NCBI GenBank assembly: GCA_001724785.1
Contig: MEDL01000003.1
Span: 1 to 50,236 of the forward strand
DNA length: 50,236 bases
Source of the DNA: Acidovorax sp. SCN 68-22
GTDB taxonomy: Bacteria; Pseudomonadota; Gammaproteobacteria; Burkholderiales; Burkholderiaceae_C
Direction: 5' to 3'
Positions 7,811 to 17,616 of the stretch are shown here, piece by piece (the stretch's first letter is position 1; each line of letters opens with the position of its first letter). The notes under the pieces are model-generated. The model made no database searches. It worked only from the letters and a program-made list of their open reading frames with translations, and was not told the origin of the DNA. A program made the translations under genes and the position numbers.

Positions 7811-7877
7811 ACTCCTTATTTGCTAGCTGCCTGCATAGGCGCAGCAAGCGCTGGAGCCGGTTTTTGTTCGGAATTTT
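7811..7877 (+). repeat. Dispersed ~65-bp repeat, copy overlapping the MFP 3' end
   Basis: ACTCCT..TAGCTG(7824)-N18-GCGCT(7848)-GG-AGCC-GGTTTT; same spacing as the four other copies. Confidence 0.75.
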
Positions 7878-8991
7878 CGGTGATGCGCACCAGATCGCCG
7901 TCGTTCAGGAAGGCGCCGCCGCGCGCCACGATGCGCACGCCCTCCGCCAGGCCGGAGACGATCTCCACGCGCTCGCCGACGCGCTGGCCGGTCTGCACGC
8001 GGCGCAGCCGCACGCGCTCGCCCTCGGCGATCTCGAAGACGGCGCTGAAGCCGTCGCGCACCACCACGGCCGACTGCGGCACGCTCAGCGCCTGGCGCGC
8101 GCCGAGCTGGAACTCGCCCTGCGCGTACATGCCGGCGCGCAGGTCGGGATGCGCCGGCAGGTCCACGTAGACCAGGGCGTTGCGCGTCTTGGGGTCCACC
8201 GTCGGCCCGACCATGCGCACCGTGCCCTCGACCTGCGTGCCCGCCGCCGTGGTGACGTGCACCGGCTCGCCCGGCCGGATGCGCGGCAGGTCGGCCGAGC
8301 CGACCTCGGCGCGCCATTCGAGGCGCCCCTTGCGCACCAGGCGGAACAGCTCGGTGCCGGCGCCCACCACCGCGCCGACGGTGGCGCTGCGCGCCGAGAC
8401 GACGCCGCTGTCGGGCGCCAGCACGCGCGTGTGCGCCAGGCGCAGCTGCTGGGCGTTCAGCATGGCCTGCGCCGCTTCGACGCGCGCCTGCGCCGTCTGC
8501 GCGGCGGTGGCGTACTGCTGGATCTGCTGCGCGCTCAGCGCGCCGGAGGCGGAAAGCGTGCCCGCGCGCTCGGCGTTGGCGGCGGCCTCGGCAGCGTTGG
8601 CCCGGGCTTCGAGCAGGCTGGCGCGCGCCTGCGCCACTTCGGCCTGCACGGTTTCGGCGGCGAACACGGCCAGCACCTGGCCGGCGCTGACCCGGTCGCC
8701 GACGTTCACGCGCACCTCGGTCAGGCGCAGGCCATTGCTCTCGGCGCCAATGCTGGCCTCCTGCCAGGCGGCGATGTTGCCGTTGGCCGGCAGGCGCAGG
8801 TGGATCGAAGAGCGCGTTGGCTCCGTGGTGCTCACGGCCAGCGACGGCCGCGGCGCGTTGGCCGCGTCCTTGGGCGGGTCGCTGGCGGCCGGGTCGCCCG
8901 CCGCGCGCGAGCTGAAAAGGGCGCCCGCGGCGGCCAGCACGCCCAGCGTGGCGAGCACGGCGATGGAGAGGGTCAGTTTCCTGCGCTGCAT
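7816..8991 (-). CDS. RND efflux periplasmic adaptor (MFP)
   Basis: N-terminal membrane anchor; V.VNVGDRV.AGQVL lipoyl motif; helical hairpin; APDSGVVS; LRAGMYA; VPQSAVV; VEIVSGL. Confidence 0.95.
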   Translation of the reverse strand: MQRRKLTLSIAVLATLGVLAAAGALFSSRAAGDPAASDPPKDAANAPRPSLAVSTTEPTRSSIHLRLPANGNIAAWQEASIGAESNGLRLTEVRVNVGDRVSAGQVLAVFAAETVQAEVAQARASLLEARANAAEAAANAERAGTLSASGALSAQQIQQYATAAQTAQARVEAAQAMLNAQQLRLAHTRVLAPDSGVVSARSATVGAVVGAGTELFRLVRKGRLEWRAEVGSADLPRIRPGEPVHVTTAAGTQVEGTVRMVGPTVDPKTRNALVYVDLPAHPDLRAGMYAQGEFQLGARQALSVPQSAVVVRDGFSAVFEIAEGERVRLRRVQTGQRVGERVEIVSGLAEGVRIVARGGAFLNDGDLVRITENSEQKPAPALAAPMQAASK

Positions 8992-9026
8992 GGAAAGGTC
9001 CGGTGGTGAAAGGGGTGTCGGGTGGT

Positions 9027-10478
9027 TCAGCCGGCGTGGGCCGGGCCGGACGCTTGCTCGCCGGCGTCCCAACCGCCGCCGGCGGCGCGGTAGAGCGCGA
9101 TCCAGGCGGCCATGCGTTCGTGCCGCAGCGCGGCGAGCGCGGATTGCGCGGCCAGGGCCGTGCGGCGGGCGTCTTCCAGCTCCACCAGGCTGGCCAGGCC
9201 GGCGCGCCAGCGCGCTTCGGTGGCTTCAAAGGAGCGCTGGTAGCCGGCGGCGGCGCGCTCGGCGTCGGCGCCGCGCGCGCCGGTACTGGCCAGCTGCACC
9301 AGCGCCTGCTCGACCTCACCCACGGCGCGGCGCACCTGGGCGCGGTAGCGGGTGGCGGCTTCTTCGTAGCGCGCGGCCGCGACGTCCGCCTGGGCGGCAC
9401 GCCGGCCGGCGTCGAACACCGGCAGCGCCAGCGCCACCGGGCCGATCGACCAGGTGGTGCTGCTCGCGCGCGTGCCGCCGGTGTGCAGCCAGCCCTGGCC
9501 GACCGAGCCGGCCAGCGTCAGGCGCGGGTAGCGGTCGGCCTCGGCCGCCGCCACGTCGGCACTGGCCGCCGCCACTTCGCGCTCGGCGGCGTACACGTCG
9601 GGGCGCTGCGCCAGCACCTGGGCGGGCAGGCTGGCAATGGCGAACAGCGCCTCGGGCGGGTGCGGTGCGGGCGCGTCGGCCAGGCGCGCGCGCAGGACGG
9701 CTTCGTCCCAGGCGGTGAGCACCACCAGGGTCTTCAGGTCGGTTTCGCACTGCATGCGCTGGCGCTCAGCGCGCACGGTCGCGTCGGCCAGGCTGGCACT
9801 GGCAAGCGCGGCGGTGGCCGGCGCGGTGAAGCCGGCGCGCTCGCTCTCCTCCGCCAGGCGGGCCGTCGCGCCGCGCGAGCGGGCGTCGGCCTCGGCGATG
9901 GCGAGATGCTGCGTGCAGGCGCGCCACGTGGCCAGTTGCAGCGCCACCTCGGCAGCCACCGACACGCGCGCCGCGTGCCACCCTGCGGCGGCGCCGGCCA
10001 GGCGGGCCTGCGCGGCGTCGCTGGCGGCGGCGTTGCCGCCGAACAGGTCGATTTCCCAGCCCGCCTGCAGGCCGATCTGTGCCGTTCCGGCCAGGCCGCC
10101 CACCTGTTCGTTGAAGCCCCGGCTGGCCGTGGCGCGGGCGTCGAGCGCCGGCAGCAGCGCGGCGCGCGCTGCGACCTGTCCGGCGCGCGCCTGCGCCAGC
10201 CGCGTGCGCGCCTGGGCCAGGTCGGGGCTGGCGGCTTGGGCGGACGCGATGAGTTCGGCCAGCAGCGGGTCGCCGGCGCGCTCCCACCAGCGCGCCAGGG
10301 CGGCGACGTCGCCCTGGTGCGGCAGGGGGGCGCGCCAGTGCGCCGGCAGGGGCGCGTCCACCTGGGCCGGCGGGCGCGGCAGGGCGCAGCCGGCGACGAG
10401 CCAGAGCGGCAGGCACAGCGCCAGCACGGCGGGCAGGGCGCGCGTGCGGGGCGCGCAGGGGAAGTGCGAGGCGTTCAT
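9027..10478 (-). CDS. RND efflux outer-membrane lipoprotein (NodT/OprM family)
   Basis: Lipobox LVAGC; WW...DP.L..LI; WEIDLFG; QRPDV.AAER; LPVFDAGR. Confidence 0.95.
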   Translation of the reverse strand: MNASHFPCAPRTRALPAVLALCLPLWLVAGCALPRPPAQVDAPLPAHWRAPLPHQGDVAALARWWERAGDPLLAELIASAQAASPDLAQARTRLAQARAGQVAARAALLPALDARATASRGFNEQVGGLAGTAQIGLQAGWEIDLFGGNAAASDAAQARLAGAAAGWHAARVSVAAEVALQLATWRACTQHLAIAEADARSRGATARLAEESERAGFTAPATAALASASLADATVRAERQRMQCETDLKTLVVLTAWDEAVLRARLADAPAPHPPEALFAIASLPAQVLAQRPDVYAAEREVAAASADVAAAEADRYPRLTLAGSVGQGWLHTGGTRASSTTWSIGPVALALPVFDAGRRAAQADVAAARYEEAATRYRAQVRRAVGEVEQALVQLASTGARGADAERAAAGYQRSFEATEARWRAGLASLVELEDARRTALAAQSALAALRHERMAAWIALYRAAGGGWDAGEQASGPAHAG

Positions 10479-10557
10479 GTGAAGGCAGGCCTTGGTGGTG
10501 CCGTCCCGGTGCAGGGTGCGGGGCGCGGTGCAGGATCGCTGGCGCGCCGGGTCGTGC

Positions 10558-10621
10558 TTTTTAGCAGAAAAATGCCACCAGCGCTTATGTACCAAGCGCA
10601 AGTAGCTATGGTTACAGGAGT
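10558..10621 (-). repeat. Dispersed ~65-bp repeat, intergenic copy
   Basis: AGCGC(10580)-N18-TAGCTA(10603); internal palindrome GCGCTT-atgtacc-AAGCGC. Confidence 0.8.
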
Positions 10622-10634
10622 GGCCGGACGGCGC

Positions 10635-13367
10635 TCAGGCCGGGAACACGGCCTGCCACAGCGCCAGCACGGCGGCGCGTTCGGCCGCCACGGTGTCTGG
10701 CGGCACGCGCGTGGGTTCCTCGTTCAGGCGCGCGCGGTGCTGGATCTGGCGCAGGCGCCGGTAGGCCGCGCCGGCGGCCGTGCCCACGCCCGGTGGCAGC
10801 AGGCCGGCATCCTGCGCGCGCTGCAGCAGACCGATGTTGCCCAGGTTCTGCACCAGTTCGGGGTGCGCGCGCGACTGCGACAGCACCAGGAACTGCACGG
10901 CGAACTCGGCGTCCACCATGCCGCCCTGGCTGTGCTTGACGTCGAAGCTGCCGGCCGGCACCGGGTGTGCGGCGCGCACGCGCTCGCGCATGCCGATGAT
11001 TTCCTGCGCCAGCGCGACCGGGTCGCGTTCGGCGGTGACGACGGCGCTGCGCACGGCGTCGAAGCGCTCGCCCAGCGCGCGGCTACCGAGCACGAAGCGC
11101 GCACGCGTCATGGCCTGGTGCTCCCAGGTCCAGGCGGTGTTGCTGCCGCGCCGCTCCTGGTAATTGGCGAAGGCCTCGAAGCTGGTCACCAGCAGGCCCG
11201 AATTGCCGTTCGGGCGGAGCTGGGTGTCGATTTCGAACAGGTCGCCTTCGCCGGTTTTCACCGTCAGCCAGTTGATGAGCTTGCGCACGAAGGCGGCATA
11301 GACCTCGGGGGCGCGCTCGTCCTCGTCGTCGAAGACGAAGACGATGTCGAGGTCGCTGCCGTAGCCCAGCTCTTTGCCGCCGAGCTTGCCGTAGCCGATG
11401 ATGCCGAACTGCGGTTCCTCGCGGTGGCGCCCGCGCAGGCGCTCCCAGCACCAGCGGGCGGTCAGGCGCAGCACGCTGTCGGCCAGCGCGGAGAGGTCGT
11501 CGGCCACCTGCTCGACCGTGATCCGGCCTTCCAGGTCGCGCGCCAGGGTGCGGAAGGTCTCGGCATGGTGGGCGCGGCGCAGCAGGTCGAGCAGGGCTTC
11601 GTCGTCGTCCTCCTGCGTCGAGCGCAGCGAGCGGCGGCGCAGCTCCAGGCCTTGCTCGAAATCGGCGGCGACGAAGCGCTCGGCCAGCATGTCGGTGCCG
11701 GCCAGCTCGTCGATCACCCCGGGGTGCTGCTGCAGGTAGCGCGCCGGCCAGCGCGCGGCGCCCAGCAGGTGCAGCAATTGCTCGTGCACGGCCGGGCGTT
11801 CGAGCAGCAGCGCCAGGTAGCTTTCGCGGCGCAGCAGGGTTTCCAGCCAATTGACGAGGCGCACGGCGGCCTCCTCGGCCACGCGCCCCTCGCCGGCCCA
11901 CTGCGCGGTGCGCTGCACCAGGCGCAGCAGGCGCGCGCGCGCCTCGTGGCGGAGCGCCGCCACACGCGGGTTGGCGCGCCACTCGGCAACGCGCTCGCGC
12001 AGGGGCCCCGTGAGGCCTTCGATCAGGCCTTCCAGGTCGGGTGCCGCGGTGATGGCTTCGCCGGCGGCGTTGCGCGGTGTGCAGCGCTTGCCGTTGCAGC
12101 TGCGCTCCTCGCCGCCCAGGAGCTTGTCGAACTCCTGCGCCACCAGCTCGCGGTGCAGGTCCAGCTCGTGCAGGAAGGAGCGGCAGCCGTCGTGGCCCAG
12201 GGTTTCGGCCATCCAGACCAGGTCGTCGTCGCGCGCCGGCAGGATGTGCGTCTGCTGGTCGTCCAGGTACTGGATGCGGTGCTCCACGCGGCGCAGGAAG
12301 ACGTAGGCGCGCGCCAGCGCCTCGGCGGTTTCCTGCGGCATCAGCCCCGCGTGCGCCAGGCGCGGCAGGGCTTCGAGCGTCGGGCGCCGGCGCAGTTCGG
12401 GAAACTGGCCGCCGCGCACCACCTGCAGGAGCTGCACCGTGAATTCGATTTCGCGGATCCCGCCGCGCGAGAGTTTCACGTCGTTGGCGCGTTCCGGATG
12501 GCCGGCGCTGCGCCGCGCGGCGTGCTCGCGGATCTGCCGGTGCAGGGCGCGCAGCGCGTCGAACACCGCGTAGTCCAGGTAGCGGCGGAACACAAAGGGA
12601 AGCACCACGCCGCGCAGCGCCTGCACGGCCTGGCCGGCGACGCTGGCGCGCGGCGCCACGACGCGGCTCTTGAGCCAGGCGAAGCGCTCCCACTCGCGCC
12701 CCTGCACCTGCAGGTACTCCTCCAGCGCGGCCAGCGAGACCGCCGCCGGGCCGGAGTTGCCGTTCGGGCGCAGGGCCAGGTCGATGCGGAACACGCAGCC
12801 GTGCTCCGTCACTTCGCCCACCAGGGCGTGGATCGCCTTGACCACGCGCGCGAAGTACTCGTGGTGCGAGATGCGCCCGCGCCCGTCGGCGGTGCCGGTG
12901 GTTTCGCCGTCGCAGGCGTAGACGTAGACCAGGTCGATATCGCTCGATACGTTCAGCTCGCGCGCGCCGAGCTTGCCCATGCCGACGATCCACAGCTCGG
13001 CGGCGCTGCCGTCCTCGCAGTGCGGTGCGCCGTGGCGGCTGTCGAGTTCGGCGCGTGCGTGGCGGCAGGCTTCGTCCAGCGCCAGTTCGGCCAGTTCGGT
13101 CATGGCGCGCGTGACATCGGCGAGGTCCGCCCGACCGGCGCAGTCCAGGCGCATGCAGCGTTCGAGCACCAGCTGGCGCAGGATGCGCAGCGCCTCGCCC
13201 AGCGCATGCCCCTGGCCGAGCAACGCCGCCAGGGTGGGCGCCATGGTGGCGTGCTGCGGCATGCCGGCCGGCAGCAACCCCAGGTACTGCGCGTAACGCC
13301 GGTGCAGGCGCTGGAAGAATCGGGAGTGTGCGGCCGGTTCGGCGAGGGCGGGCAGTTCTGTGGGCAT
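10635..13367 (-). CDS. glnE: Bifunctional glutamine synthetase adenylyltransferase/adenylyl-removing enzyme
   Basis: Two nucleotidyltransferase domains: GMGKLGARELNVSSDIDL and GYGKLGGKELGYGSDLDI, each followed by LRPNGNSG. Start could lie upstream (13412). Confidence 0.97.
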   Translation of the reverse strand: MPTELPALAEPAAHSRFFQRLHRRYAQYLGLLPAGMPQHATMAPTLAALLGQGHALGEALRILRQLVLERCMRLDCAGRADLADVTRAMTELAELALDEACRHARAELDSRHGAPHCEDGSAAELWIVGMGKLGARELNVSSDIDLVYVYACDGETTGTADGRGRISHHEYFARVVKAIHALVGEVTEHGCVFRIDLALRPNGNSGPAAVSLAALEEYLQVQGREWERFAWLKSRVVAPRASVAGQAVQALRGVVLPFVFRRYLDYAVFDALRALHRQIREHAARRSAGHPERANDVKLSRGGIREIEFTVQLLQVVRGGQFPELRRRPTLEALPRLAHAGLMPQETAEALARAYVFLRRVEHRIQYLDDQQTHILPARDDDLVWMAETLGHDGCRSFLHELDLHRELVAQEFDKLLGGEERSCNGKRCTPRNAAGEAITAAPDLEGLIEGLTGPLRERVAEWRANPRVAALRHEARARLLRLVQRTAQWAGEGRVAEEAAVRLVNWLETLLRRESYLALLLERPAVHEQLLHLLGAARWPARYLQQHPGVIDELAGTDMLAERFVAADFEQGLELRRRSLRSTQEDDDEALLDLLRRAHHAETFRTLARDLEGRITVEQVADDLSALADSVLRLTARWCWERLRGRHREEPQFGIIGYGKLGGKELGYGSDLDIVFVFDDEDERAPEVYAAFVRKLINWLTVKTGEGDLFEIDTQLRPNGNSGLLVTSFEAFANYQERRGSNTAWTWEHQAMTRARFVLGSRALGERFDAVRSAVVTAERDPVALAQEIIGMRERVRAAHPVPAGSFDVKHSQGGMVDAEFAVQFLVLSQSRAHPELVQNLGNIGLLQRAQDAGLLPPGVGTAAGAAYRRLRQIQHRARLNEEPTRVPPDTVAAERAAVLALWQAVFPA

Positions 13368-13464
13368 GGCCTGGGCGGCGGGTCGGTACGGCAGATGGGA
13401 CGCGGGTTCCAAGGGCCGTGGGCGCCCTCAGCGGGTCATAATTCTTGCCAGCTCTCGCCAGAAC

Positions 13465-16400
13465 ATGCTCGATCCTGTTGCCCACCCCACGCGCCTCCTG
13501 AAATGGGTGGCGCTGTGTGCACGGTGGACCTTGGGCCTGCTGCTCGCGGCCAGCTTGCTGCTGGCGCTCGCCTGGGGGGCGCTGCACGGCTGGATTGTGC
13601 CGCGAATCGGCGAATACCGTCTGTACATCGAGGCGCGCGCCAGCCAGGCGCTGGGCGTGCCGGTGCGGCTGGGTTCCATCAGCGCGCGCACCGAGGGCGT
13701 GATCCCCACGCTGGAGCTCGGCGGCGTGGTCTTGCTCGATCCGGCGGGGCGTGAGGCGCTGCGCCTGGAACAGGTGGTCGTGGCGCTCTCGCCGCGTTCG
13801 CTCCTGCGCCTGCAGTTCGAGCAGCTGTTCGTGCAAGGACCCGAGCTCGACGTGCGCCGCACGGCCGACGGCCGCATCTGGGTCGCCGGGCTGGACGTGA
13901 GCGCCGCAGGCGACGGCAGCGGCGCCGCCGATTGGCTGTTTTCCCAGCCTGAGGTGGTGCTGCGCGGCGGGCGCGTGCGCTGGACCGACGAACTGCGCGG
14001 CGCGCCGCCGCTGGCCCTGGAACAGGTGGATGTGCTGCTGCGAAGCGGCAACTGGCGCCACGCGGCGCGCATCGACGCCACACCGCCGCCGGGCTTTGGC
14101 GCGCGCTTCACGCTGATGGCGCAGCTGCGCGAGCCCTTTCTGTCGGTGCACAGCGGGCGCTGGCGCAACTGGAGCGGGCAGGTCTTCGCCTCGTTTCCCC
14201 GCGTGGACATGTCCCAGCTCGGGCGCCACGCCGACCTGGGCCAGGCCACGCTGACACGCGGCGCTGGTGCCGTGCGCGCCTGGCTGGACGTGGAGCGCGG
14301 CCAGGCGCGGGGCGGCGTCGCCGACGTGGCCATCGCCCAGCTCGACCTGCGCCTGACACCCGAACTGGAGCCGCTGCTGCTGCACGGCGTGCAGGGCCGG
14401 GTCGGTGGCCGGCGCGATGCGGCGGGGTTTCAGCTGTTCACCCAGGGCCTGCGCTTTGCCAGCGAGGAGGGCGACTGGCCGGGCGGGAACCTGCGCCTGG
14501 CCTACGCGCAGGCGCGGCCTGGCACGCCAGCGCACGGGCAGCTTGATGCCGACCAGCTGGATCTGGCGGCGCTGGCGCGCATCGCCGAGCGCCTGCCGCT
14601 GTCCGATGCCGTGCGCGCGCAGCTGCGCCGCTACACCCCGCGCGGCCTGGTCGAGCGCATCGCGGCGCGTTGGGACGGCCCCCTGGATGCGCCGCAGCGC
14701 TACGAGGCGCGCGGCCGCGTGGCTGCGCTGTCGCTTGCGGTCCCGCCGGATGGAAGCACGGCGCCAGCGGACGCGGCGTCCCCGGGCGTGCGCGGCCTGG
14801 ACGTCGACTTCGACCTCACGCAGCAGGGCGGCAAGGCCACGCTGCAGATGAAGGGCGGCGCGCTGCTGCTGCCCGAGGTGTTCGAGGAAGCGTTGCTGCC
14901 GCTCGACGAACTGCAGGCCGAGGTGTCCTGGAAGCTGGCCGACGGGCGCATTTCGGTGGAAGTGCCGCGTGCGCAGTTCGCCAATGCCGATGCCGCCGGG
15001 CAGGCGCGCGCCAGCTGGCACACCAGCGACCCGGCGGTGTCCGGCTCCAAGGGGCGTTTTCCCGGTGTGCTGGATTTGCGCGGGCAGCTGCACCGCGCCG
15101 ACGGCACGCGCGTGCACCGCTACCTGCCGCTGTCCGTGTCCGCCGAGGCGCGCCACTACGTGCGCGATGCGGTCCAGGCCGGGCGTGCCAGCAGCGTCGC
15201 GTTTCGCGTGCGCGGCGACCTGTACGACATGCCCTTCAACGACCCGCGCCAGGGCGATTTCCGCATCGCTGCGCGCGTGCAGGGCGTCACCTACGCCTAC
15301 GTGCCGCCGCAGCTGCAAACGCCCGGCGAAGCGGCCTGGCCGGCGCTGGTGAAGCTCTCGGGCGAGCTCATCTTCGAGCGCGCCAGCATGCTCGTGAAGG
15401 GCGCGGCAGGCAGTTTTGCCGGGCGACCGGGCGTCGAGGCGCGCAACGTCGAGGCGCGCATTCCCGACCTCTCGCACACGGTGGTCAGCGTCTCCGCCGA
15501 CGCGCGCGGCCCGCTGGCCCAGCTGCTTGGCTTTGTCGCCGAGTCGCCCCTGGCGCAGATGACGGGCGGCGCCCTGACGCAGGCGAGCGCCACGGGCAAC
15601 GGCCAGTTGCAGTTGCGCCTGCAACTGCCCATCAGCGACCTGCCGGCCTCCAAGGTGCAGGGCAGCCTGCAACTGGCCGGCAACGACGTGCGCATCACGC
15701 CCGACACGCCGCTGCTGGCGCGTGCGCGCGGCAGCGTGCAGTTCACCGAAACCGGGTTTTCGCTCGCCGGTGTGCAGGCGCGCGCGCTCGGCGGTGATGT
15801 GCGCATCGACGGCGGCATGGGCGGCAAGGGTGCCGAGCCGGGCAGCGTGCAACTGCGCGCCCAGGGCACGGCCAGCGCTCAGGGGCTGCGCCAGGCGCGC
15901 GAACTCGGGCTGCTCGCCACCCTGGCGCAGCGCGCCACGGGCAGCGCGCCGTATGCGCTGGCGCTCACCGTGCGCCGCGGTGTTCCGGAGATCGCGCTCA
16001 GCACCAGCCTGCAAGGCATGGCGCTCGACCTGCCGGCGCCGCTCGCCAAGCCGGCCGATGCCAGCCTGCCGGTGCGCTTCGAGAATCAGTTGACGGCGGC
16101 CTCCCTGGCGCGTCCAGCGCCGGCGGGCGGCCTGCAGGACCGTTTGGCCGTTGAAGTGGGCGCGCTCGCCACGCTCAGCTACCTGCGCCAGCTCGGACCG
16201 GGCGAGCCCGTGGTGCTGCGCGGCAGCATCGCGCTCGGCGTGCCCGCCGCGCAGGTTCGCGCACCGCCCGAGGACGGCGTCCAGGCGAACCTGCGTTTCG
16301 ACGCCCTGGACCTGGATGCCTGGCAGCGCGTTTTTTCCGCGCCGCCCGCGCCCGGTGCCGGCGCCCCCGGCTCCCCGGCGGCCGGCTCGGCGCCCGGCCC

Positions 16401-17616
16401 CGCGGTGCCCGAGGCCCTGCAACGCTACCTGCCCGACGCCTTTGCCTTGCAGGCGGCAAGCGTGCGCCTGGATGGGCGCACCCTGAACGGCGTGGTCGTC
16501 GGCGGCTCGCGCAGCGGCCCGGTATGGCGCGCCAACCTGGAGGCGCGCGAGCTGGCCGGCTACGTGGAGTACCGACAGGCGGGGCGTGCCAACCCCGACG
16601 CCGGGGGCCTGTACGCGCGGCTTTCGCGCCTCTCGGTCCCCGAGGGCGCGGCGCGGCAGATCGACGCGCTGCTGGACGAGCAGCCGGCCAGCCTGCCGGC
16701 GCTGGACATCGTCGTCGAGGCCTTCGAATTGCGCGGGCGCAAGCTGGGTCGGCTGGAGATCGACGCGCGCAACCGGGGCAGCGACGACGCACAGCGCGAG
16801 TGGCGCCTGGCCAAGTTCAACCTGACCACGGCCGAAGCCGCGTTCACGGCCAGCGGCAACTGGACGCGGGTGCAGGGCGCGGCCCAGGCGCCGGGCGGCG
16901 CGCCGCAGCGCCGCACTGTGCTCAATTTCGCGCTCGACATGCAGGACGCCGGCGAACTGCTGGCGCGCCTGGGCATGCCCGACGTGGTGCGCCGCGGGCG
17001 CGGGCGCATGGACGGGCAGATCTCCTGGCTGGGTGCGCCCATCAGCCCCGACTACCGCTCCATGGCCGGGCAGGTCCACCTGGACGTGGGCAGTGGCCAG
17101 TTCCTCAAGGCCGAGCCCGGCCTGGCCAAGCTGCTCGGTGTGCTCAGCCTGCAATCGCTGCCGCGCCGCTTCGCGCTCGACTTCCGGGACATCTTCAGCC
17201 AGGGTTTCGCCTTCGATTTCGTGCGTGGCGACGTGCAGATCGCGCGCGGCGTCGCCACCACCAACAACCTGCAGATGAAGGGCGTGAACGCGGCGGTGCT
17301 GATGGAGGGCAGCGCCGATATCGAGCACGAGACGCAGGACCTGCACGTCGTCGTGGTGCCGGAAATCAATGCCATGACCGCCTCGCTGGTGGCCACCGCC
17401 ATCAACCCGGTGATCGGCCTGGGCAGCTTCCTGGCGCAGGTCTTCCTGCGCGGGCCCCTGATCGCCGCGGCGACGCAGGAGTTCTCGGTGCGCGGCACCT
17501 GGAGCGACCCGGAGGTCGCCAAGCTGCCCCGCCGCCCGCTGCGCGCGCCTGCCACCGACTCCGCAGCCGCGTCGGCGGCGCCGCCTGCCCCTGCCGCCTC
17601 CGAGGAAAAGCCATGA
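13465..17616 (+). CDS. yhdP: YhdP / AsmA-like phospholipid transport protein (TIGR02099)
   Basis: ~1380 aa beta-rich protein with N-terminal TM helix; C-terminal LLGVLSLQSLPRR..LDFRDIF..GFAFD and GTWSDP; usual glnE/yhdP/nitrilase context. Confidence 0.93.
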   Translation: MLDPVAHPTRLLKWVALCARWTLGLLLAASLLLALAWGALHGWIVPRIGEYRLYIEARASQALGVPVRLGSISARTEGVIPTLELGGVVLLDPAGREALRLEQVVVALSPRSLLRLQFEQLFVQGPELDVRRTADGRIWVAGLDVSAAGDGSGAADWLFSQPEVVLRGGRVRWTDELRGAPPLALEQVDVLLRSGNWRHAARIDATPPPGFGARFTLMAQLREPFLSVHSGRWRNWSGQVFASFPRVDMSQLGRHADLGQATLTRGAGAVRAWLDVERGQARGGVADVAIAQLDLRLTPELEPLLLHGVQGRVGGRRDAAGFQLFTQGLRFASEEGDWPGGNLRLAYAQARPGTPAHGQLDADQLDLAALARIAERLPLSDAVRAQLRRYTPRGLVERIAARWDGPLDAPQRYEARGRVAALSLAVPPDGSTAPADAASPGVRGLDVDFDLTQQGGKATLQMKGGALLLPEVFEEALLPLDELQAEVSWKLADGRISVEVPRAQFANADAAGQARASWHTSDPAVSGSKGRFPGVLDLRGQLHRADGTRVHRYLPLSVSAEARHYVRDAVQAGRASSVAFRVRGDLYDMPFNDPRQGDFRIAARVQGVTYAYVPPQLQTPGEAAWPALVKLSGELIFERASMLVKGAAGSFAGRPGVEARNVEARIPDLSHTVVSVSADARGPLAQLLGFVAESPLAQMTGGALTQASATGNGQLQLRLQLPISDLPASKVQGSLQLAGNDVRITPDTPLLARARGSVQFTETGFSLAGVQARALGGDVRIDGGMGGKGAEPGSVQLRAQGTASAQGLRQARELGLLATLAQRATGSAPYALALTVRRGVPEIALSTSLQGMALDLPAPLAKPADASLPVRFENQLTAASLARPAPAGGLQDRLAVEVGALATLSYLRQLGPGEPVVLRGSIALGVPAAQVRAPPEDGVQANLRFDALDLDAWQRVFSAPPAPGAGAPGSPAAGSAPGPAVPEALQRYLPDAFALQAASVRLDGRTLNGVVVGGSRSGPVWRANLEARELAGYVEYRQAGRANPDAGGLYARLSRLSVPEGAARQIDALLDEQPASLPALDIVVEAFELRGRKLGRLEIDARNRGSDDAQREWRLAKFNLTTAEAAFTASGNWTRVQGAAQAPGGAPQRRTVLNFALDMQDAGELLARLGMPDVVRRGRGRMDGQISWLGAPISPDYRSMAGQVHLDVGSGQFLKAEPGLAKLLGVLSLQSLPRRFALDFRDIFSQGFAFDFVRGDVQIARGVATTNNLQMKGVNAAVLMEGSADIEHETQDLHVVVVPEINAMTASLVATAINPVIGLGSFLAQVFLRGPLIAAATQEFSVRGTWSDPEVAKLPRRPLRAPATDSAAASAAPPAPAASEEKP

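Noticed and set aside
11083-17346. 2087-aa minus-strand ORF, and similar giant ORFs at 9003-13754, 4949-8170 and 21163-24747
   Set aside because: They shadow well-supported genes, are Arg/Ala/Gly-rich with no motifs, and are expected from stop-codon scarcity in high-GC DNA.
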